This document shows positions 1-11,616 of a DNA stretch of 38,131 nucleotides, piece by piece. Within the stretch, counting starts at the first letter, position 1, and the number at the start of each line of letters is the position of its first letter. The position numbers and the translations under genes are program-made. Source of the DNA: Basidiobolus ranarum (taxonomy: Eukaryota); the NCBI GenBank assembly GCA_040143965.1, contig JASJQH010006925.1, positions 1-38,131 on the forward strand. The letters run 5' to 3'. The notes under the pieces were generated by a model. The model saw nothing but the letters and a program-made list of their open reading frames with translations. It ran no database searches and had not been told where the DNA came from.

Positions 1-1455
1 ATCATCATCATCATCGTCCTCATCTGCATCCATATCAAACTCGCCTACTGAGAAATCTTGAGGATAGTCATCATCAAAGTCTTCGTCGCCGTTCTCATAG
101 TCCAAGGCTTTACCAGTGAACCAGTCGATAGCATTAGGGATAATCTTTTCTTTGAATTCTTCACCAAGTTCATAATCGGCATCCATTCTTTCACCAAACT
201 CTTCTTCATCAGTTTCGGAAATATCGTCAGGAATTTCAAGAGTTTCAAAGAAATGGAAGAAAGTCTCGGCGGGGACAGTACGCTTGACGACTCTGGTTTT
301 GTTGGAGCTCTTGTGGCGTTGCTTCTTTGTCTCTACGGTTACACTTAAGTCTTTGCCCTCCTTCCATTGAATTTTGGTACTACAAAGAACGATTAGCGAA
401 AGGTGCTACATTTTACGATGAAGAGATAATTTAAACCAACCCTTCAGAATGCTCGAATACCAATTCCCCATTCTCTGGAGATTGCTGGTAGTAGTAAGTT
501 TTGCTTAATACAGAGTTTTCGAAATACTCATTTTCTGAGAACTTGAAGTCAAGTTTGAATCCCTGGCGAAAGGATGAGGGTAAGTGATAGATAAATCAAG
601 AGAGGATCAACTTTCAAACCATTACCGGTTTACCATCCAAATAGGACAGACTAATGTCATCCAAATGTTTCAAAACCTTTTGGTCATTCTCAGTCAATAA
701 TTCGCTAATGTGGAAATGATTGTTCAACACGGTCAACCAAAATTCAGGAATTCCTTGTGCTTTTTCTTGCGAGGATTCTTCCTCAGTATTAGACAACAAT
801 TCTTCAGTCAACTCCTCGTCGATTTTTTTACCAGCTTCGATTTCCTCAAAAGCAGGTTGTACTTCTCCTACAATGATTTGACTGCGTTGTACGAAGAGTG
901 GTTTGCTTAATTGGTTGTATTTCTTCTCCAACTCCAAGATCTCCAAGTGGAATTGGGCTTCAAGAGACGAATATTTATTCTAATGAGGAAGAAAGTTAAT
1001 ATAGCAGAAATGGTCAGTAAGTTCTACGTCACTCACCTGAAGATTCTTGAGGGCAAAGATGCGCTCCTTAACCTCTAAAGGTAAGGCATTGAGGTTGGCA
1101 GATTCACCCATAAGTGAACCGATCTGTCCTTCCAATTCCTCCAAAAATTCATTGTTTCCTTCACCAAAGTTCGCAGTGATCTCCTCACTAAGATTTGACA
1201 AGCCTGGAGGTTTAGATGAGCTGATAGGGGAAGTAAAACTAGGAGTATTGTTAGGTGTGGGAGAAACGAAGTCGGTATTTCTACCATTTTTGATATCTAC
1301 ACCAGCTAAATAGAGAGAGGATGGTTAACAAAGTAATTCTAGATGGCGTGAAAAAAATTACTTCTTTATAGAAGAGAATCGCAAGAGGTGATAAGAACAC
1401 CATTGACGGGATATATTAAGGAAAGAAAGAAAATTGTACCTGGATGATTATTCAT
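1..1455 (-). CDS. NAP1: Nucleosome assembly protein 1 (NAP family histone chaperone), 3' end runs off the window
   Basis: Exons 1455-1440, 1305-1037, 979-626, 562-441, 379-<1, all GT-AG and in phase. Motifs SPTPNNTP, ALKNLQ, LEKKY..L..PL..QRSQIIVGEVQP, GIPEFWLTVL, ENEYFENSVLSKTYYY, IQWKEGKDL..TVETKKQRHK, TFFHFF; acidic tail begins at the window edge. Confidence 0.95.
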
Positions 1456-1698
1456 TCCAATAGTAGTAATCTCACGTTGGTTGCGGTTAAAATGAGTAAG
1501 AAAAGGAAGGTAAAAAAATGAGAGTGAGCAGGGTTTTTTCACTAAGAATCGGTATTTTAAAACGCAACTGAAAGAAATTCTTTGAAATCGCATCCAGTCA
1601 ATTTCGATTAGATACCTATTTGATTGGTGTTCAACAATTGTACTCTGTCAAAAAAATTGGGTATGTGCTAAAGCGAAACGATTTGTACAGTAAAGCAT

Positions 1699-1720
1699 TT
1701 GTATTGTATTGTATTGTATT
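1699..1720. repeat. (TTGTA)4 microsatellite downstream of FET3
   Basis: ttgtattgtattgtattgtatt read directly. Confidence 0.8.
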
Positions 1721-1800
1721 ATAGGGCCAGAGTATAGAAATGTCAAGTGAGAATGTATGCTATACACAAATTTATTTTGAACAAAAGAAACGTTTCTATA

Positions 1801-3726
1801 CTATAAATCAGATTCTTGACATTTTTGCTCTACACTGGGGTCTTCTTTAGAGAACCACACTAGGGTAGAGATGCCAATGATAGCAGATAAAATGCATCCT
1901 ACTAAAGCCCAAATTCCTTTAGCTGTGAATTTCCCGGGTAATGGGTTAGGTCCAGTGGGGTAGCCACTGAAGTCTAGCCCTTCATTTCCAACAGCATTTC
2001 CACTCGTTTTAATTCCTTGGGCAACGCAGTGATCAATTGATTGCTGAGGAATCTTCATACTAGCCTGCAATTGTAGTGGTGCCTCCACAATGGTAGCGAC
2101 CAATCCAGACTCTAGATGCCATTCGATGTGACAATGGAATGGCCAGATTCCTGGATTATCAGCTCTGAATCTGATAACTACATGACCCTGGGCAGGCACC
2201 TGTACTGTATCTCTACGAATCGGATTAGCTTGCTCTTTTACTGGATTTTTGACGCTATCGTATCCACCACCATTTTCAGCACTACGCGACATTACTTGAA
2301 ACTGATGTCCGTGTAGATGGAATGGATGGGCGTCAGCATCCCAGTTGTTAATTACCAATTCAATCATTTGATTGTGCTCAATAACATACGTATTGGTATG
2401 TTTACCATAAACTCGTGGATCGCTAGCCATGGCTCCCATGCTATAGGCGGTGAAGATAGAGGGTACACTTGGGAATAGATATGTTACGTTATTAAACATA
2501 CCACGATTAACCCCATTATCCAAGACATTAAAGAACACGTTAATTTCAATGCGATTGTCAGGAGGAGCCGAGGTAGCGGCGGTAATTGGAACCAAAGAGG
2601 TATCATCGAATTGCATGTCGGGCTGAGCGGAATCTGAGGGTATGTAAAGCGCGGCTTTAGGATCGTATATAATGGTTGCATTGATGTTTGGATTTAGATT
2701 AGGGTTCACCGCCGGGAACATGGATACGTCTACATCCGCATGCATAATGAAATTATTGGCAGTGGAATTTTTGGCGCGAACCAACACAGAATAGCGTTGG
2801 GCAGCAGTGATAGGTAGTGTTTGAACGGTTTTAGAGTTTAAATCCACTCCATCTGCTTCAATGATCTCCAAATCGTGACCATCAATATGGAAATTAAACA
2901 TCGAAAAAGCTGACATATTAATAATACGTAAGCGATAGACTTTTCCTGCTACGAAATTGAAGGTGGCGTTTTGAGACCCGTTTATCTCGCCAGCGTCTGG
3001 TACTGGCTCAGCTCCCGATGGATTGTAAATGCTCAGGTATTTCGACAAGAGTACATCATGTTGCTCATAATACCAGTCAGACAAGGCTACGATATATTCG
3101 GCATCATAAGTGTACTGCTCTTTCTGTGCATGCAATACAATAGGGGCTCTAAGACCGTCTACGTACTGGCCACGGAAATGACTATGAATCCAGTAAGTTC
3201 CATGCTGTTGGATCGGAATTCGGTAAGTGTAATTTCCACCAGGTGGGATTGGGCTAATATATAGTGTTAATGGGTTTAGTTTCCCAAGAGATCTGTATAT
3301 ATGACTTACCATTGCTGAAACATAGCAGCGCCGTCATAATAAGTTGTTCCATTTTGTAAGACTCCGTGCGCGTGCAGAGTGGTCCCAACATCCAGGGAGT
3401 TGTGCTAAAGAGCAGACTTGTTAGTATAACCTTAATAGAGTAGTGTGAATGAAGCACATACCACATTGATAACCAGATCGTCCCCTATAGTAGCCTCCAG
3501 ATGGGGAACTCTAAGAAAATAATTAGTTAGGTTTCAATGTTTACGTATGAAATTCAACCTACGGAAATTGCCCATTGACTCCAATGGCTCTTCGTGGATG
3601 ACCACCAGTTGGGTCAACATTATCCACGTAAGTAATATTCCAGTTGTAGACCTTGTCTGCTGCATGAACGTAGGCCCCCAACACCAGGCCAGAAAGTAGA
3701 AGCTTCTTGAGAGATTCCGTTATCAT
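1801..3726 (-). CDS. FET3: Fet3-type multicopper ferroxidase, 586 aa, with signal peptide and C-terminal TM anchor
   Basis: Exons 3726-3563, 3510-3462, 3404-3310, 3253-1801 (1761 nt). Copper ligand motifs TLHAHG, YWIHSH, HPFHLHGH, HCHIEWHLESGL; Fet3-like GAEPVPD; C-terminal hydrophobic helix; head-to-head with FTR1. Confidence 0.95.
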
Positions 3727-3820
3727 GATTGTAAAGAAGTGATCCAAGCAAAAATGAAGGAACTGAAGAGAAAACTGGCAGATCAGTTGTACTTAAAGGT
3801 TTTTTAGATTTGAACCTCAA

Positions 3821-4727
3821 TTATCAGATTTCCCGTATATGGCATCGCTTTGTCTGGTGAAATTAAAGAGGTTTATGGATGAAATTGGAGTATATTTTAA
3901 TGAAGATCCTTTCGAGTCGTTTATGGGAGATGTACAAGAGGAATGAGGGGTTTTTGTTGTCGAATAGAGTGATTGCAAACGGAAAAGCCCGTAAGACAAT
4001 AATCAAACATCATAGTACTGTCACTTAAACCCAAGTTCTCGATTTATCCATACAAGAAACTTTGTACTACTGATTGACCACTGATTGTTAACCATAAACC
4101 ACTGATTATTATTGTCATGCACAAGCTCGATATAACTATCATATCAGATCATCCTTGAACCATACCATTAGCTATAGCATCTCATTAGCAGCCTTATTCC
4201 CACAAACAAGGTAATTTTATAAAACAAGATTATTGCTAATCTGATCAGGTCAACTGACACCAACATAGGGGAGATAATGGGGCATTAGGCTAAATAGATT
4301 AGGGTGTATCTTCAAGAACTAGACTAAAACTCTTAAATTCAAGAGCTAGACTAAAACTCTTAAATTCAAGAGCAAAAATCCGCTTTTTCTCCCCACAAAT
4401 TTTCTTTAAAGTCCAGGTAACGCCTCTGAGTCACGATGGTTATATCCTTACTGTAACACGAATGTGCAGGATTGGTAGGAGGTAGCGCAACTTTTACTCC
4501 ATTTATCATTTACCGCTCCGTACGCAAGGCAGGTTGCGTAAGATCTAGACCTCAAGCGGTATAATGAACAGATGATATACAGACTAAATCAGTAAGGAGC
4601 TTGCGCTATTAAGGAATCCGTTAAGGAATCCTCTAAAGCTACGTGCTTGTTTATTCTTGCCGAAAACCTGATTCATTCGCGGTCTGAAAATAGCTCAATC
4701 TGATTGAAACCATGCGCCATCTGATAT
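3821..4727. promoter_or_regulatory. Bidirectional FET3/FTR1 promoter with five ATCWGAT iron-responsive GATA-repressor-type sites
   Basis: TTATCAGAT at 3821-3829 (ATCTGATAA on the minus strand), ATCAGAT 4143-4149, ATCTGAT 4239-4245, 4698-4704 and 4719-4725. Matches the ATCWGATAA consensus of SreA/Fep1/Sre1-type repressors. Confidence 0.7.
4319..4372. repeat. Perfect 27-bp tandem duplication in the FET3-FTR1 intergenic region
   Basis: CTAGACTAAAACTCTTAAATTCAAGAG at 4319-4345 and 4346-4372. Confidence 0.95.
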
Positions 4728-4936
4728 GAGAGCTGCCCTGTGTAATTGCACATTTATTAGTAGTTATAATAAAATGTAATCTGGATAGGATACCTAATTG
4801 AAAGGTCAAAAAACATGAAAATACTTTCCTGCGATTTTTGTACATAAAACGAAGAGGTTGCCACCACACTTATCAAAGTCGAGATTTATCTTCTTTTGCT
4901 TTCAGCTTTCCTAGTCATATTTGCTATCTATTCCAA

Positions 4937-6078
4937 ATGGCCAAAGATCTATTCAGTATTCCGATATTCTTTGTTCTCTTTCGAGAAACAATTGAGGCTG
5001 CCATCATTGTCTCCGTCCTGCTTTCTTTCTTAGCTCAAGTATACCAGGACGATACCGTGTTATACCGTCGCTTGAAGAGGCAAGTGTGGCTTGGAACTCT
5101 TCTTGGTCTGCTAGTCAGTTTGGGTATTGGTGGTGCGTTTATTGCAGTATGGTACACTGTTGCTTCCAACCTATGGGCTAAAAGTGAAAAACTTTGGGAA
5201 GGATGCTTTTCATTGATAGCTGTCATCATGATTAGCGTAATGGGATTAGCCATGCTTAAAACGAGTAAGATGCAAGACAAGTGGAAGGTAAAGTTGGCCA
5301 ATTCCTTGAATGATACAGAAGCCAAGGGACTTCGAGCCAAATCACGGAAATACGCTTTATTCCTATTACCTTTCATCACCGTTCTGAGAGAAGGCCTTGA
5401 AGGTCTTGTGTTTATTAGTGGTATATCCATCAGCGAGCCTGTCAGTTCCATTCCCATTGCTGCCATATGCGGTATACTAGCGGGTTGCTTTGTCGGTTGG
5501 CTACTCTACAGGTGATTTTTTATCCATGTATACTCATCGACTCATCACACTAACTTTGAAATATTAGAGGAGGAAACATAGTGAAGTTCCAGTGGTTCTT
5601 TGTAACCTCAACTTGCATTTTATTTTTAGTAGCGGCAGGCCTGTTCGCTAGAGCTATCGGATTTTTTGAGGCTCATGCATGGGCCATCAGAACCAATGCT
5701 GCTGATGCTGAGGCTGATGAAGCAGGTGGAGTCACTTTCGACGTTCGTACAAACGTTTGGTAAGTTTCTCTATGAATTTCTTTTACTTGATTGAAGACTA
5801 AAGAAGATCATTTCAGGTATCTTGATTGTTGCAACCCTGAAAACCCCAACCAAGGTGGCTGGCAAATTTTCAACGCCATTCTGGGGTGGAACAATATCGC
5901 GTCCATTGGCACCATTCTTGGATACGTGCTATATTGGTTAGCGATTGCCGCTTACCTTGTCTTCCTCAAGACTTATCATGGCCGTAGAATCAGAAGAGCC
6001 GATCCAAGTAAGAAGACTGATATCAAGTATAAAAGTTTAGTGATTTCCAATCACGATGGGGAATCATCAAGGAGTTAA
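4937..6078 (+). CDS. FTR1: High-affinity iron permease Ftr1, 342 aa
   Basis: Exons 4937-5511, 5568-5759, 5817-6078 (1029 nt). N-terminus MAKDLFSIPIFFVLFRETIEAAII; two RExxE motifs (RETIE, REGLE); DCCNPE and GWQIFNAILGWNN. Confidence 0.97.
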
Positions 6079-6870
6079 ATGAAACTACATTCAATTTTAA
6101 CATGTAAAATTTTTACCTTAAAAGATTTTTGTTTGGAAACTCAATGTTACATAAATTTTACCCAATAGTAGTGAATATACTCATATGGAAGTTTTTCCAC
6201 AAGCTCCACAATCATATTGCAACTAGCATATACGGGTCTTACCAGGTATAGAGCAGGTGTTCGCGTGACAATGGTGGAGTGTCATACAAGAACTAGTATT
6301 CGTCCGCACACTTTCCAACCATTACACAAACAACTCGCCCCAACTCATTTCTACATATTCATTCAATTAAGGTTGGCAGTTAGTAAGGTTGTTAGTTCAC
6401 ATTCTCGAAGCATACTCTACGTAGCTCTAGGCTTATACAATCTTCAAACTCATAAATACTGGTGATACAAAGCCACTTGGGAGTTATCAATAGTGTTAAG
6501 ATGAAACTATCCCGAGGCATTAAGATATACAGTATATACCGGAGAACCTCATTACTTGTCTTAATCCTGACGAACATGGATTTCGATCATCAGCTAATGG
6601 AAATAGAGAATATATACAAACCCTTTTGGGAAGTAACATAAATGGCGAGGGAATAAAGCTGGCGAATATTAGACATCATGACTCCGCATTGGAATCGTTC
6701 TGCAGTAACTCAAGTCGTAGGTATTCGAAGCAATTCTCATGAACTTCTAAAAGAGAGACTAATCGACTACTTATTCAGTACAAAAAGATTAAAGTTGAAC
6801 AATAGGTAGTTTATTGTGTACCAGTCACGTTTTAAAAGTTACTTTGAAAGTCTTGATATGGCTTTCAGAG

Positions 6871-9502
6871 TTAGGGTGAGAAAGTAGCTTTGCTAATATC
6901 GGGGAAGGGGAATTTCTGCAATGAAGGAGCAGCGACCTTTCCACTGACATCGATAAACACTGACATGAATTGGGTTGCCTTAAATTCATCCTTATTTGCA
7001 ACAGCTGAAAGAACCACAGTACCCTTGTCTTGACCTTGGGTAGCACCGTTTACCTGAACAAGGGTGGAATTAAATGGGAAGGAGAGTTTCCATTGATCCG
7101 AAATAACACTGCCAGGTTTTTGTGAGGTGATCTTGATCTGTAAAAATTCCAAAGTAAGCCAATAGGTTTGATTCATATCTCTACTTAAAATGTACTTACT
7201 CCCATTTGGAATTGGTTAGATTCAAGTTTAAGGTTGCTAAAAGTAATCAAAAAGTTGCCAATGGCTCTGTGTATCAAGAAATCAGTTGGTTGAGTAGCTT
7301 TAATGTCCACTGCAGCTTCTGGAATACCACGGCGTAATCTTTTACGAAGAGTAGAACAAACACCCAAGTCAGTCCAGACATTCTGCGAGTTAGATCCGGG
7401 AGTGTCATTTTGGGTCCACCATTTCGCTTGCCAGAGGTGACCATTATAGCTAACCTTTTGAGCACCATTGTACGATGTACTTGCACTCCAGGCCGATACT
7501 CCAGCACAAGAACCGCCAGGAGTCTGTGTATTAGTGGGTGAAGTAGAAGTAGTTGTAGTCGAACTCTTCTGAGTAGTAGTAGGTGCTGTTGAGGTGGTCA
7601 CTGGAGGTTTGGATGTAGCTGTAGAAGTGGTTGAAGTAGCTGTGGTAATTACTGTGGTACCACCACCGTTTCCACTGCATCCACTAATTGCACTCCAATA
7701 ACCAGATGTGGCACCTGGTGCTTGACCCTGAGTGTACCAAAGAGCCTTCCATAAGTAGCCATCATATGAGACCACGGAGCCACCAGGATAGGAACTAGCT
7801 TGAGTCCAGGTTCCCGCAGAACTACATGCTGGAAGATTTGGCTTGACATTACAACCTCCACCGTTCTTCAAGAACTGAGTACATTTGGATGGGAATAATA
7901 TGATGAGTAAGGTAAATTAATCATGTAGATTGAAGTTGTTTGGCTACCTTTTTGGTTGCTTGACCATAGTTACTACCTCCAACGCTATTACCCCAGGCTT
8001 GTGAAGCATCCCAGAACATCACACCACCAAAACTACTGAAATTGGCTCTAGTTTGTTCGACCACGGTTTGTAGTTGATCGATTGAAATGTAGCTTAAGAT
8101 GCAAGGTTAGTAAGGTGACGTGAAGCCGTATGACATTATTTATCGTACCCTGATCCAGCAGCCTTGGGTGCAGCAGGAGCACCAATGTAAACTTTGACAT
8201 TAGGATTGGGGGAAATATGAGTAGCCCAGTAATCCCAAACACCAAAGTTCCACGCTTGGTAGTTATTGTAGTATTGCAGACCACCTATTCATCCGAGACA
8301 AGTTAGAATCAAAGCAAGCTCAAATAGAGTATGATTATTGAAGTTACATGGGTTATTATAGAATTGGACAAAGACTAGATCAAACCAGGCATTGTTCAAA
8401 GTGCTACTCAATTGACCATCTAAAGGTTGCATGGTAAAGAACGTTAGATTACGTCTGATTGATTGTCATATTTGACATACCCGGGTAAACGCATTGAGGC
8501 GCAGCGGCGATCAAATATTTTTTACTATTATCTTGCTGGTAGTATGAACGGAGTTGGTTGACGAATGCAACATAACCTGTGGGACCACCACCTTCAATAT
8601 CAAGATCAACTCCATCTAAAATGGCATCACCAAAGGGTCTTGTGTCAGACTTTCCACCTAGGAATAAGTTCCTACAAAATATTTGACCGTTAGGGCTAGT
8701 GTGAATATAATTTTGAGATAATTTGTTACTTACCAGACTTGTGTGGCGAAACCTTTGGCCTGCGTGTCGTCTTGGAATCCGTATGAACCACCAGCTCCTC
8801 CGAGAGAAAGAACAATAGATTTACCACGAGACTGGCAGAATTTAATGTCATCACCAATGCTTGGGCAATTGACCATATTGGTTCCGGGGAAGGTGGCATT
8901 ATCTTTCACATTACAAGTCTATGAACCGGTAAGTTAGAGAGAAAGCAAACTAAATCAATAAAAACTGAATCTCACATTCGCTAGATTTAACTCGGGAAAC
9001 CCGCCCTTTCCGAAATAAGTGTTTAAAAATGCTGTACAGAGGAGTAATTAGATTCTGTCAAGATCTGAAGTAGTACTTGGGAATGTTGCCACTTACAAAC
9101 TGGAATCACATCAGCTGTATCATCTTGACAGTAGTAAGCCAGATTTTTCTGCCAGCCACTCGAGTCACCACCACCACCACCGTAGCTATTTTGACCCCTG
9201 TGAATATCAATGATTACAAGGAAGTAGCGTATTTAGAATTGGTTGATAATGCTTCCGATCATAATCTAGATTTACCAATCTACATCATTAAAAAGTTAGT
9301 TCACGCTCTCAAGAATATCACTAAGAAATACGTACATGTCACAAGATTATTGTTGCAAGTAGCCTTTAGATGCATTAACAAAATATTTAGTTAATTCCTC
9401 ATGGTTCAAATTGCCAAATGAACTTACATCAAACGCCACAGAGGAGTCGATGGTCAACGAAGCAGCAGCCAATACAAGGAGAGTTTTTGCGCGAAGACCC
9501 AT
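6871..9502 (-). CDS. Secreted GH18 (class III / subgroup B) endochitinase with two CBM5/12-type modules, Ser/Thr linker and C-terminal extension, 644 aa
   Basis: 12 exons: 9502-9428, 9363-9336, 9279-9276, 9197-9097, 9031-8976, 8918-8734, 8671-8481, 8419-8348, 8284-8149, 8092-7948, 7874-7200, 7137-6871 (1935 nt). Signal peptide, YWGQNS, LSLGGA, catalytic [33 protein letters not shown]; chitin-binding WKALWYTQG and WQAKWWTQ. Confidence 0.95.
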
Positions 9503-10803
9503 GGTAGCTGAGGGAGTAGATTACTTTCTGAGGTTACAGTTCCTTGTGGAGAAGCTTAAATACTTTCTCGATGTACAGGCATTGAGTTTACGTAGGAACT
9601 TGGTCACCCGTTACTGGGACCATTGATCTCAAGTAATAATTTGTGACACTTTGCAAATGCTTTAATCTTTCCTTTTTAAGTTCATGATCGTCCGATATTA
9701 TATTGCTCAACAACTTGACATGTCATACTCTTTAGCCACGTTTGTGTAGGCAATGTGAACGCGAGCAGTGTTAACTCTTACGTAAATTGGCTTTCTATAA
9801 CAAATTGCCAAAAACATATTCCACCTCTAGTGCTAACCTTTATCGAATTGCAATACCTCGAAGGTGACGGTAAGGGAGTAAAATGATCAAACATGCCATT
9901 GTATTTTCAGCATGATAGGACGAGTGATCAGTCTTCAACTCGAATCTTTTCTTGGTTAGATGAGATGTAGTGTTCCCGGTGAACAGGAAAACTTCATTAG
10001 AGATCGCCTTAAATTGGATAAATTACCCCTCCTGGGAATTCAGTTTATCACGAGGACCAAATATCCGTATCAGCTATGACCCATCATAAAAAAGTCAAGT
10101 TGAATGGTTGACTCTCTAGTTAAATGAAGGTGTGGAGGTCACATATCCAAATTGCTTCATGGATTGCGTATTTTACCAGTAAACTTCTTCACTAATATTT
10201 GCAACAACCCTCACAATCTCATTTACTCCTAACATGGCAAGGTTCGGGAATATTTTATGGATAGTGTAGTTTTACTAATGGCTCGGAGAATCAATTCTTG
10301 CTATCCTGCAACAAATCCTTCAACAATGATAATGATATTTCCGACAATTCCGACAATTCCGCCTTCTCCCCAGAAATTGGACATAATCAATCAATCGATT
10401 CGGTGAATTGGGAGAATTCGCGTGGCATAAATTAATCGATATGAATTATCACTACAAAATACTATTCAACATAAGCTATGCTATTGATTTTCACACTCTT
10501 GATTTTCACTACCCAAAACACCAATCAACATTAAACGGATTAAACTAATAAACTTAAATTTGGATATAAACAGCCAGATATTCATATCCTGGCATAGATT
10601 GATTTTTCGCGCAAGTATTACTTTCAAAAGAGCATGAACACTACTTCAAAGCAAGGAATTGACTATGTTAGCAAGAGAATTGTTGGACCGATCGAATTCA
10701 TAGGAGGCTTTAGATGGCCCGACCTAGCTCAACTCAAATTGGTGGATTGTTTCAAATGTTGCATCAAAACTCGATATTTTTCACAAACCCTTTGACGAGG
10801 CCC

Positions 10804-10841
10804 AAGTACTGATAAAATGGAAAAGTACTGATAAAATGGAA
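10804..10841. repeat. Perfect 19-bp tandem duplication, each unit carrying a TGATAA GATA box
   Basis: AAGTACTGATAAAATGGAA at 10804-10822 and 10823-10841. Confidence 0.9.
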
Positions 10842-10900
10842 GGGTTGTGTAACTCTCTCACGGTAAGCTTTTATCAATATATGGAAGCATGAAGCTGGAG

Positions 10901-10928
10901 GCCCATCATTGACAGCCCATCATTGACA
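10901..10928. repeat. Perfect 14-bp tandem duplication
   Basis: GCCCATCATTGACA twice. Confidence 0.9.
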
Positions 10929-11616
10929 TATGGGTTATATGCAGAATACGATTGAAGTACCAATTCATCTACTGAATATAGCCTAAATAGGAGAGTTACT
11001 ATTTACCAAGTAGATGCATCCAATGTTCAACGAGAGGTTAAACTAGAGAAGTCCACAATAGTGAAGTGGCTTACTGTGGTGATCTGGATTTATTCATCGT
11101 TCAACACTGTCTGTTACTAAACCAGAGATTCATTGCAGGTGCTCATCACAATCGATCTGTTCTGAACTATCTACCACTCAACAGAAATCATCAGAATGAT
11201 CGAAATGCGATGTTTTGTGCAATATTATTTGTTCGGAATAATCCAAGTTTGAACGATCGATAGATGCGCCCAATCACTTGACACGTTCGAATCAAGAGCC
11301 GAGAAACTCAAAGTAATCATCCAAAACAAGCTAATGCAGGCCGAGGTAAACCAATAAAATCATTAGGCAGATACTTCATCCACTTAAGGAATCATTCAAA
11401 ATGGTTTTAACGTTCGAATTAGGTGACGGTAGTCAAATTGTCATAAGATTTGTATACTTTACATCAAACTGACTCTGAATCGAGAGAGAAAAACTCCAGA
11501 CTGAAAATATTTCATTATAAAAAGGTGCGAGGCGACCATTGAGAAAATCATCTCATTCCATTAAACATTACATTCGATAATAGACTCTAGTTTCTTACTC
11601 AAGCTTTGGACCAAAC

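Noticed and set aside
4838-4936. N-terminal extension of FTR1 given by the ORF track
   Set aside because: It starts at a non-ATG codon; the ATG at 4937 gives the canonical Ftr1 N-terminus.
6185-6760. Cys-containing short reading frames between FTR1 and the chitinase, possibly a decayed gene
   Set aside because: Interrupted by stops in all frames, with no recognisable family motif and no consistent splice model.
11281-11420. GTTCGAAT T-loop-like words (tRNA?) and a possible TPP riboswitch upstream of the nucleoside transporter
   Set aside because: No cloverleaf stems or A-box, and no CTGAGA / CCTGAT / GATAA-CCAGCG aptamer core in the proper arrangement.
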